Origin: Octopus sinensis
Taxonomy: Eukaryota
NCBI RefSeq assembly: GCF_006345805.1
Contig: NC_043003.1
Location: forward strand, 99,200,001-99,264,000
Direction of reading: 5' to 3'
Length of the DNA stretch: 64,000 nt
The notes under the pieces: model-generated
What the model saw: the letters and a program-made list of their open reading frames with translations, nothing else
Told to the model about the DNA's origin: nothing
Database searches by the model: none
Program-made: the position numbers and the translations under genes
Part shown: positions 38,823 through 49,829 of the stretch, piece after piece
Numbering within the stretch: position 1 is the first letter of the stretch
Layout: each line of letters opens with the position of its first letter

Positions 38823-39055
38823 AAGGCGGCGAGCTGGCAGAAACGTTAGCACGCCGGGCGAAATGCGTAGCCTTATTTCGTCTGCCGTTACATTCTGGGT
38901 TCAAATTCCGCCGAGGTCGACTTTACCTTTCATCCTTTCGGGGTCGATAAATTAAGTACCAGTTACGCACTGGGGTCGATGTAATCGACTTAATACCTAT
39001 GTCTGTCCTTGTTTGTCCCCTTTGTGTTTAGCCCCTTGTGGGTAGTAAAGAAATA
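38823..39055 (+). mobile_element. SINE type B with TSD
   Basis: TATACCTTCTT on both flanks. Confidence 0.9.
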
Positions 39056-39239
39056 TATACCTTCTTTCGTGTAGTGACTCAGTTAGTTAAAGGGTACAAA
39101 CAGAAGTAGTTTGTTGTAGAAACCCTCTGAAACCATTAACTTATAGACTTCATCTGGCTGCTTGCAGAGGATAGCATTAACATAGAAGCCGTAGCTTTTT
39201 TCTTCATCTCTACCTGACTACCAATCTCTGAGCTACTTA

Positions 39240-39620
39240 AAATAATAATAATAATGAAATGATTGTATACAGTGCTCAGGTGCACCACAACTTGTCAAAA
39301 GTGCGTATAAAGCATATGCAGTATTGTACAAATGTCTGGGAAGCGAACAGTGTATGAGTCAGATACATGCTTGCGTGTGTATGGAGGGGAGAAAATCAAG
39401 TGTAGTGTTGGCGAATCTCAGGAAGCATGGAAATTGTGAAGGATGCAGTGCTCCGACAACTAACAACTGATGCCGGCAGTTTGTTCCATACTTCAGCAAC
39501 TCTTAGCGTGTAAAAATGTTTCCGAAAGTCATGGGAGCTGTGCTGTTTTCTGACTTTTTTAAACATGTCCACGGGTCGAAGCTCATGTGCGATACGCTAC
39601 TGAACCCTAAATTTTCATGT
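39240..39620 (-). mobile_element. CR1-like LINE 3' end with (ATT)n tail
   Basis: Minus strand ...LRVAEVWNKLPASVVSCRSTASF; (AAT)n at 39241-39256. Confidence 0.7.
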
Positions 39621-39950
39621 TTAAACAAGAATACACGTATCTAGTGGACTCAAAATATTGGTTTCAAATTTTGGCACGAGGCCAGCAATTTCGGAGTAGG
39701 GATAAGTCGATTATAATCAACCCCAGTATTCAACTTGCACTTTTTATCGACCCTGAAAGGATGAAAGGCCAAGTCAGACTCGGGGGAATTTGAACTCAGA
39801 ATGTAAAATATTAAAACATCTGTTGACCATACCGTCGTAGATTACGTACAAGGAGGGAACTTCTCAAGAATCGTTTGACTTGTCGGAAACAACAGCCAAA
39901 ACTTCTTCGAATTACATTCTAACGTCTTACAAAATTGACATATTTGTTAA

Positions 39951-40480
<530 letters not shown>

Positions 40481-41444
40481 TATAATAAATTCGCAATACC
40501 CAAGAAAAAGACGAGAAGTGATGGCTGAAATATGCTTGATCGTAGGATTCATAGATTTGTTCAGACAGAAGTGACTTGGTGCTAAACAGCAACATGCGAT
40601 TAATGAATTGCACGTTTTTAATAAATTATAGAAATTATTTAAGGTTAATCAAATGTAAATCTCATAAATGAAGTATTGAATAACTGAAAGCACAAGAATC
40701 AGAAAACGATGTCTTTGATAAAGTGCTTTGAAGAAAAATAAATTAAGTTTAGAAATATTAGTTCGATGGTAGAAATGGATGAATCCAGTCAGACCTCACA
40801 CGAAGTGCATTACAGTTTTTAGTTTACCCCACCCCATCCCCTTTTATCCTCCAATTCAAAATCCCACTGCAAACAACTTCGCTTTTCATCCACCCGAAGA
40901 GCAATAACATAAATATTGACGACAGAAGTTGCACACAGAACTTCATTCAATCAACCTATATGTTATTACATCTTCCCTACAAAAACTGGCTTTATTTACA
41001 GCTGAGTTTGTTGCGGTTGTTCTTTAGCTTTATATCAACCCTCATTAAGCACACCTTTAATTAAAATAATTACAGCTGTGACCATCCCGTCTTTTTAGGG
41101 TTAATAGGATCACTTTTTAAGACGGCTGAGTATGATGATTTGAAGGAGATTCGGCTGCTATTTCTAACATTTCTAGCGACTATGTAGTGGATGCCTCTTT
41201 AACTCCAGTTGGTTTAATTTCTTGTTGTCATGTAATCCCAGATCAGCCATCATCCAACAGTCCTATAATATACATGAAGTTCTTGCGTTGCCCCTCCCCT
41301 TACCCTCCTCACCCTTAACAGTCCTACAGATGATAAATTGTACTGATGAGCAACCCTCATCCAGCAATACTATAGTACAGAAGTAGTTATTGTCATTGTA
41401 ATATAATCCCAGAGTAGCTCCCATCTAGTTGTCCTATTGTATAC

Positions 41445-41861
41445 TCTTTTACTCTTTTACTCTTTTACTTGTTTCACTCATTTGACTGCGGCCATGCTGG
41501 AGCACCGCCTTTAGTCGAGAAAATGCCCCCCCCCCCCGGACTTATTCTTTGTAATCCTAGTACTTATTCTATCGGTCTGTTTTGCCGAACCGCTAAGTTA
41601 CGGGGACGTAAACACATCACCATCGGTTGTCAAGCGATGTTGGGGTGACAAACACAGACACACAAACACACATACATATATAAATATACATATATACGAC
41701 GGGATTCTTCCAGTTTCCTTCTACCAAATCCACTCACAAGGCTTTGGTCGGCCCGAGGCTATAGTAGAAGACACTTGCTCAAGGTGCCACGCAGTGGGAC
41801 TGAACCCGGAACCATGTGGTTGATAAGCAAGCTACTTACCACACAGCCACTCCTGCGCCTA
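41445..41861 (-). mobile_element. SINE type A, full length
   Basis: Head-microsatellite-tail match. Confidence 0.9.
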
Positions 41862-42329
41862 TGTTTGTAGATGTTGCTGATGTGTAACACCAAGTCAACC
41901 CTAACTGAACAGTCGTTTGTTATACAAGTTGTCAAACGCACTAGAAGGAGCTACCTACAGGTTAGTCTTCTCAGTGCATAACTGCTGAAGACACTGTGCA
42001 CACCGAATTGCACTGCTGAATCATATATGTTGCAATGTGGCTGTTTGGACATATTGCACGCTCCCCAATGTTCATTCCATTTCGCTAAAACCGTTGATTC
42101 TAATGTTGATCACAACAGTAACCGCCAAGGTGGACACGGCGGAAGCGCTGAGTATATATTGTGATGCTGACTTCTAGTGGGAAAACGTGACAATTGCTGT
42201 TCTGCCCTTGCTGATGGTGATGTTCATTCCAGCACAATACGTAAATGGATGTGTCAACAAGGAGATTTACATTCCAGTGTATTTATATATATATGTGGGT
42301 GGGGTTAACGAGGTGAAGTACATTCTGGT

Positions 42330-42753
42330 CGAATCTATATGTGGAGGGTTGTTACAAGAATAAAATGAGACTTTGGAAAAAATCACTGAGTCAATAATAA
42401 TGGATGAAACAATAATGACAGTCAGGTTCAAAGGCAGAGCTCTACGCTGCTTTAAATGTGGCCTTTCAGGACACATTAGAGCAGACTGCACTACAAAGAT
42501 CCAAAAAGCAGAAGAGAAACAACCAAATAATATGGAGGAGGAAAAAGAAGAGAAACCAGAGGATCCCAGAAAGGAAGAAACCAGAAAGGAAGAGGAAGTA
42601 GCAGAAACAGAGGATGAATGGGAAAAGGTCACTGGAAGAAAGAGGAAGAAGGCAAGTGATTTGAACTGTAAACCCCAACCCACACCCATCCATCCACACC
42701 CTCTCAGACCCACCCTTCTCCTGCAGACACCAAGCCTACCCATTCCCATCTGA
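42330..42753 (+). pseudogene. Non-LTR retrotransposon ORF1-like fragment with CCHC zinc knuckle
   Basis: CFKCGLSGHIRADC (C-x2-C-x4-H-x4-C) followed by an E/K-rich tail and W-x-x-V-x-x-RKRKK. Confidence 0.7.
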
Positions 42754-43321
42754 CACAAAAACAAAAGAAAAAGTCAAACACACACAAAAAAGTTCACCCC
42801 CCCCCCCCTCAAGTCTAAAAAAAAGGTAAAAGGTGTAAAGCCTACATATTATATGGATATAATAACGAATTGTTAAATGATGTGTTTGTCATGGGACGAC
42901 GTGAAAGAAGTTGCAACTGCTGGGTTTGATCATGTTATGGAGTTTCACAGGTGTGTGTTACCGACTAAAGAACAGGAGGAAATAATACATACGTTTAAAG
43001 ATGGTTATAGTTCTTGGGAGTTGGATTACGACGAGGACTTACTTCCAAGATTGAGTATAGTATTTTGATTCCGTAGTTTAAATTTGAGAGGGTTGGTAAT
43101 GTGTGGGTTAGAGATGACAAGCATTTGTAGAATTTTTGGTAGCGTTTAAAGAATGATAAGAGAAGTGTATATGACTGGAACACATCTAACTTAATGTGAT
43201 TTGACATATAACACATTCGATTCTTAGTTCAAGCTATTACACTTTTTTGTTTCTTTATTGAATGTTAATATCAACAGTAAGCATAGGTTCGTTTCTATCC
43301 AAGGTTATATTATATTATATT

Positions 43322-43600
43322 ATCACCGTCACCGTGACCGACCAGGCTATCAGATGTTGCTCCACATCGCTGGTCACAATGCGTTTCACATTGCTTTAGC
43401 CTTCAAATGACGCCACCCCGCTGGCTAAGCGAGCAGGCTAACAGAAGAAAGAGTGAGAGAAAGAGTACAACAGGGGTCGCCATGACCCCCTGCCGGAGCC
43501 TCGTGGAGCTTTTAGGTGTTTTCGCTCAATAAACACTCACAACACCCGGTCTGGGAATCGAAATCGCGATCCTTCAACCGTGATTCCGCTGCCCTAACCA
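43322..43600 (-). mobile_element. SINE type C head with alternative tail, inserted in (TATAT)n
   Basis: Reverse complement of 55289-55585. Confidence 0.8.
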
Positions 43601-43759
43601 TAATATTATATTATATTATATTATATTATATTATATTATATTATATTGTAGTGTTTTTTGACAATTTATAGATTTATTCTTCCACTGCAATTTTTGTTTA
43701 TCGCTTTTTTTTAATTTGAGGAAAATTCACCTCTATACAGATACATGACGATGGAGAGC

Positions 43760-44510
43760 CAATTAGAAGTAAAAAAGATAACATTTTCGACACCCGCTTC
43801 TCGTTGCTTTCAATCAAAGTTCCAAAGCTGCCAAAACCACTCGAGACAGTTGTACTGTGTACGAAAGAGTCTCTATTATTGAAGAAAGTTGCACAGAAAT
43901 GGTTTTCACCCGTCAAGGAGAAGGAATTTTACCTCAGTGACTCTCCACTTTCCAGCCGACATACTCAGTTTAATGAGGATCAATTAACTGGGCTTACCCA
44001 TAACAATCTGCACCAATCCACTAGGGAATTGGTCCAGCAGATGGTATACCCCCATGATATATTGGCGCCCGTCTTCTTCGCTAGTTGGGTGAGGTCCACA
44101 CGACCCGACCGGTGACACAGTGTACTTTTTCAACAAGACCATGCTCGCCTCCACGTCGCTAAAGTGACCAAAAATGCTATTCAAAAGCTTAGCTTGGAAG
44201 GTCTACTGAATCCACAGTATTCTTCTGATACAGATGGTCGTCCTCTTTTTTTATTTTTTTTTTTTTTTGGCCGCTCTCAAACAGTTTCCGGAGCATTTCG
44301 TTCAACAACGATTTGGAACTGAAAACGTGGTTGAATGAATTCTTCAAGTCATGACCTAGTGCTTTTTACCATCTTTCAAAGCATTGACAAGCTTGTCGTG
44401 AACAATGGAGGAGAATATACTATTAACTGATTTCTTAAAATTGCTGATGTAAAATAAAGAATTAAGTTAAATAGAAAAGAACGACCGAATTTATCTGCCA
44501 ACCCAGTTCA
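43760..44510 (+). mobile_element. Decayed mariner element
   Basis: FNQSSKAAKTTRD, KWFS..KEKEFYLSDSP, VLFQQDHARLHVAKVTKNAIQKL, end TTATCTGCCAACCCAGT. Confidence 0.85.
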
Positions 44511-44666
44511 TGAACAACATAAATCATCTTTTCTCATTCTTTTAAAGCATAAATCCTTTGTGTATCGTCACATAAACACCGAAAATACAAGTTTTTATAG
44601 ATATTACTTTAAATCACAATTTTCGTTTCCTTCCTCCCAACACCCTTCCCCTCTCTCTTTCTCTCC

Positions 44667-44697
<31 letters not shown>

Positions 44698-45500
44698 AAT
44701 CTTCCTCTCAATCTTTCACTATCATTTTCTGGCTTGTTGCTTTTAAATTGCATGTTTTTATTTATTCTTTATTCTCTCTCCCATCACGAGATCAGCATGT
44801 TCATAAGTCTTTCGACTGAGCGAGTAAAGCAGTGTCTAAATTGGAGAGTAAATCAAGCATTACGGACGTAGAAGGCTGTGTGTGTATGTGTGTGTGTGTG
44901 TGAGAGAGAGAGTAAATGAGCGGTTAGTGGGAGATGTGTGAGCGAGGAAAAGTGTATTTCTGGGTTGGTTGTGCAGATATTCTTCGGGGCAAATATTCAG
45001 TTGAAATTTAAAATTGAAAATAAAGGAAGTGGAAACTGGGTTTTTGACATTTTGTAACAGGATAACCACTCACTTGAAGTCGGTATTGAATGGTTCTACG
45101 CACGCACGCACGCATACACACGCGCGCGGGCACACACACACAACGGTACAAAATTATTCGTATAAACAGAAGGGTTAGAAGTAATTCAAACAGAGGAATA
45201 AGCTTACGCCGTGAGAAAAAATGAATCTAAAGAAACGTTTCGGAAAACTCACTTTATCAAACATATAAAGAAATATCAAGTAGAGTTGTTATAAATATAT
45301 ATTGAACTAAAGAGATGGGGGAAGAGGGGAGGAAAAAGACTTTAAGAAAAGGGGCGTAAATCGTATGGAGATATGGAGAGGGAAACGATATCAGATTTGC
45401 CACATGTTAAGGAAATATGCGCATATGTATGTATGCATGTATATACATATATCCGTGTGCGTCCGTGTGTATGAATGAGAGTATTTGGGACTGTATATGC

Positions 45501-45559
<59 letters not shown>

Positions 45560-46308
45560 GCGACGCCAGGTCATCAGCATCACTCGAGCTGTTTACAGAT
45601 TTCCCATAAAACACATGTCTGCTCGAAGAATTTCACGTTTTCCCGCAATATTTATAATCTAAAATTACTTATTTTTTATATCTAGCATTATGTCTTTCTC
45701 CATTTCTAAATTAAGGGTAAAACTAAAGCAACCCTGCAAAACACAACTGATCATACGCACAGACGCACAGAATAACAGCAATCAAATAACGACTGCGAAG
45801 TGCACAAAAAACAGCTATCTGACTGTTGCCTGTACTCTTGACAAGAGATGCAAGTTAGTCTTTTACACCTACGAGGCTCGTTCGTATTAACTGGATAATT
45901 CTTGTTCCTTTAAGGATATTGTAGAACGGTAACTTTTCATGGACTGATATTTAAATTTTAATCTCTATAGAAATTTGTTTCAAGAAAACATTGAATTCAG
46001 TTATTTTTAATTTTTACAATTATAGATAACAACATGGGCTGTATCTTCTGAGCTCGCGTCTGATGCACGTGAACGTCTGCTACGAATGATATTTTTTGAC
46101 AAAGGGCACCTCTAAGATGATCGCCAGATGCTGAACGAAGGTAATTGAACAGCGACCAGGCTCAATAAAAAGAGCTCGAGTTATTGGCTGAAATCGTATA
46201 CTTGAAGTAAATGTTGGCAGAAATTAATCAGCTTGGAAATACACGTTCCCTTTATTAAATTTATACTCGGGCTAAGCCCGAACAATCCGAGTGCCGGAGT
46301 CGCCCTTG

Positions 46309-46347
<39 letters not shown>

Positions 46348-46537
46348 ATACTAAGCAATAAAGGGTTTAGCAACGAATTGCCTTACCACATACCGAATTT
46401 AGAAATAGCAGTCAAAGAGTTATAGCTATTTCTTCTACTAAAAAGGGAGATCTCAGTAAAAACAGCAATTGGAAGGCAGACACAAACAGGTAAGAGAGAA
46501 TGAATTGACGGCAATCTATCATACATTTTTAAGTTAT

Positions 46538-46642
46538 CTACGGACGTACGTTTCGAAATCAAGTTTTTAGGAAAGCATAAGAATTAAATATTAAATATTA
46601 AATAATTCTATCTTACCGAAACTTCTTTTCTCTTCAGCGTAG
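46538..46642 (-). ncRNA. Type-I hammerhead ribozyme with ~75-nt stem II
   Basis: Minus strand CTACG-CTGAAGA-GAAA...TTTC-GAAAC-GTAC-GTC-CGTAG; G10.1-C11.1 present; GUC triplet; predicted cut between 46543 and 46542. Confidence 0.85.
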
Positions 46643-47520
46643 AATACTATAATCATAAATGATTATATATTGAATTTTGAGATACTAGAAGGCACCAACT
46701 CAACTCAGTATCAGAGCGAGCTAGAATCCGCAACTAGTATCACCGAATCAATGTGTGAATGAAAGGATTGTGTCACCAGCCCTTCCCACCCGCGTGTAGC
46801 CAAAACAAGATGCTGTGGTCATCTACTGAGATAAAATATGGTTATCCGTAATAATGAAGGGTGAAATTAATTAATTTGGAATAATTATCAATTACACCAA
46901 GTAGTCTTCGGCATGTAAAAGCCTCATTCGAGGAAAATTTAAGTAATACTAAGCAATAAAGGGTTTAGCAACGAATTGCCTTACCACATACCGAATTTAG
47001 AAATAGCAGTCAAAGAGTTATAGCTATTTCTTCTACTAAAAAGGGAGATCTCAGTAAAAACAGCAATTGGAAGGCAGACACAAACAGGTAAGAGAGAATG
47101 AATTGACGGCAATCTATCCCTTTTTAGTAGAAGAAATAGCTATAACGCTTTGACTGCTATTTCTAAATTCGGTATGTGGTAAGGCAATTCCTTGCTAAAC
47201 CCTTTATTGCTTAGTATTACTTAAATTTTCCTCGAATGAGGCTTTTACATGCCGAAGATACTTGGTGTAATTGATAATTATTCCAAATTAATTAATTTCA
47301 CCCTTCATTATTACGGATAACCATATTTTATCTCAGTAGATGACCACAGCATCTTGTTTTGGCTACACGCGGGTGGGAAGGGGCTGGTGACACAATCCTT
47401 TCATTCACACATTGAATTCGGTGATACTAGTTGCGGATTCTAGCTCGCTCTGATACTGAGTTGAGTTGGTGCCTTCTAGTATCTCAAAATTCATATATAA
47501 TCATTTATGATTATAGTATT

Positions 47521-47624
47521 CTACGCTGAAGAGAAAAGAAGTTTCAGTAACATAGAATTATTTAATATTTAATATTTAATTCTTATGCTTTCCTAAAAAC
47601 TTGATTTCGAACGTACGTCCGTAG
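47521..47624 (+). ncRNA. Inverted copy of the same hammerhead (GAAAC reads GAAC)
   Basis: CTACG-CTGAAGA...TTTC-GAAC-GTAC-GTC-CGTAG; one A missing (mutation or consensus error). Confidence 0.65.
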
Positions 47625-47914
47625 ATAACTTAAAAATGTATGATAGATTGCCGTCAATTCATTCTCTCTTACTGTTTGTGTCTGCCTTCCAATTGCTGTT
47701 TTTACTGAGATCTCCCTTTTTAGTAGAAGAAATAGCTATAACTCTTTGACTGCTATTTCTAAATTCGGTATGTGGTAAGGCAATTCGTTGCTAAACCCTT
47801 TATTGCTTAGTATTACTTAAATTTTCCTCGAATGAGGCTTTTACATGCCGAAGACTACTTGGTGTAATTGATAATTATTCCAAATTAATTAATTTCACCC
47901 TTCATTATTACGGA

Positions 47915-47950
<36 letters not shown>

Positions 47951-47960
<10 letters not shown>

Positions 47961-48330
47961 CATTAAAAGGCTTCCAAATAAAGAAGCCAGTGCTAGATAC
48001 ACAAAAAGGGGATAAATTCATGAAATGGAATGGAAATCAAAAACGTTTACCATCTCAGCTAATCCTGTACGGCAGTTTCATCTTCTTTCTAGCAAATGAA
48101 TAGAATTCTATTCATTTGCTAAAAAGAAGATGAAACTGCAGTACAGGATTCGCTGAGATGGTAAACGTTTTTGATTTCCATTCCATTTCATGAATTTATC
48201 CCCTTTTTGTGTATCTAGCACTCGCTTCTTTATTTGGAAGCCTTTTAATGTATTTATATATGAATAACGTATGGTCTAATGACTAATCCGTCTTTTGTGC
48301 TAGGTCACTGGTAATAAGAATTTATTTTTA
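47951..48330 (+). mobile_element. Spacerless 310-bp palindrome plus tail (fold-back element; related copy at 63581-63840)
   Basis: 155-bp arms centred on GAATTC at 48103-48108, 4 mismatches by eye; tail GTCTAATGACTAAT...TGTGCTAGG.CACTGGTAATAA. Confidence 0.85.
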
Positions 48331-48351
48331 TTACGCTATTTACTATGTTTT

Positions 48352-48410
<59 letters not shown>

Positions 48411-48411
48411 C

Positions 48412-48471
<60 letters not shown>

Positions 48472-48497
48472 GAGAGGTAGGTAGGTAGGTAGGTAGG

Positions 48498-48594
<97 letters not shown>

Positions 48595-48595
48595 G
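48352..48595. repeat. (TA)n-(GA)n-(GATA)n-(GGTA)n compound microsatellite
   Basis: Directly visible. Confidence 0.95.
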
Positions 48596-48607
48596 TGTGT
48601 ATACATT

Positions 48608-49504
48608 CAGGGTGTGGTGAATAAACTGTCGTCTAAATTACGCAAAAATGAAAATAACACTAACATCTCATTTTAACAGATATATTTACGAAAATTACAT
48701 AAAAATATCATGAAATACTAGGGAGTAAAATTATTCTATAAAATCGCCATTAGCTTCAACCACGGCTTCCAGACGACTTCGGAATCTCCTGCAACTCTTC
48801 TGGACAGTCTCCTTGTTTAAGTTGGTGAACGCTGCCATAATCCTTGCTTTCAGTTCATCTTTCGTTTTACAAGGAGTTTTGTTGGTCTCTCGCTCAAATT
48901 CGCCCCACACATAATAATGAAGGGGGTTGCAGACTGGGGAGTTAGGTGGCCAGATGTTAGGGGTGATGTGGTCGCAAAAATTGTTTGACAGCCATGACTG
49001 GTTTCTCCTGCATGTGTAGCATGTTACAGAGTTCTATTGTTAGATATAGATCTTCCAGTAGCAACCCCCTTCACCCAAGGCAGCACTACCTCCTCCAGGC
49101 ATTTGGTGTAGGCCTCCGGGTTGTGTCTGAGGCTGTGTGGGAAGATGGAGGCAGCTTGATGTTTGGAGAGATCACAAGTGTTCACTCCAAATACCATGAT
49201 GCTTATCGGATGTTTACTTTTTATCACTCTCGGTACATGTTTTGCGGGACATGGCAGATCCTCAAATTGACACGCAATCTCTCTGAAATGTTCGTATTGG
49301 AGCTGCTTCCGGCGCGAATGCCAAGCTGTACAGCATGTCATTTCCAAATTTCTGGCAGAGTGGCTCGCGTCATGGTGCTGTTTTTGTCACAGACGGTGCT
49401 CAGCTGACCCTACTATACTGTGTAGTCGACAAAATCATAAAGAAACAAAGCGTATGCGCGAAATTTAAAATATTAAACGGCGACAATTTACCCATCGCAC
49501 CCTG
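48608..49504 (-). mobile_element. Tc1/mariner-superfamily element with degenerate TIRs and decayed transposase
   Basis: CAGGGTG..TAAA.TGTCG at both ends; KSKHPISIMVFGV, YTKCLEEVVLPWVKGVATGR, WPPNSPVCNPLHYYVWG. Confidence 0.85.
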
Positions 49505-49721
49505 TATATATGTGTGTGTGTGTTTATATATGTGTGTGAGTCTGTGTATATATATTTGAGTGTGTGTATATATATATGTGTGTGTGTGTTTGCATGTATG
49601 TATATAAAATGTTTGTCCAAATTAGTGATATTGAAGTTTACTTCATTTGTTGTTGCATTCATGGTTATTCGTTATATAACAACACATACACACTCACACA
49701 CACTCATACACACATACACGC

Positions 49722-49829
<108 letters not shown>

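Larger units (their letters stand above)
46346..47918. mobile_element. Retrozyme/Penelope-like element: head-to-head inverted >1-mers of a 598-bp unit, (TA)n on both sides
   Basis: 46346-46520 is identical to 46944-47118 (period 598); 46346-47046 is inverted at 47117-47815 around a 70-nt spacer; the right arm runs on to 47918; one HHR per arm. Confidence 0.8.

Noticed and set aside
42020-42200. WLFGHIAR-like word suggesting another RTE C-terminal fragment
   Set aside because: Too short and decayed to support a feature call
46900-46945. Second hammerhead-like word in the 598-bp unit (minus strand CGAATGA-GGC-TTTTACAT-GCC-GAAG)
   Set aside because: Both core words deviate (CGAAUGA, GAAG) and I found no stem I/III or valid triplet
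46346-47918. CRISPR-like or satellite interpretation of the repeated units
   Set aside because: No repeat-spacer periodicity; only ~1.3 units per arm, eukaryotic context
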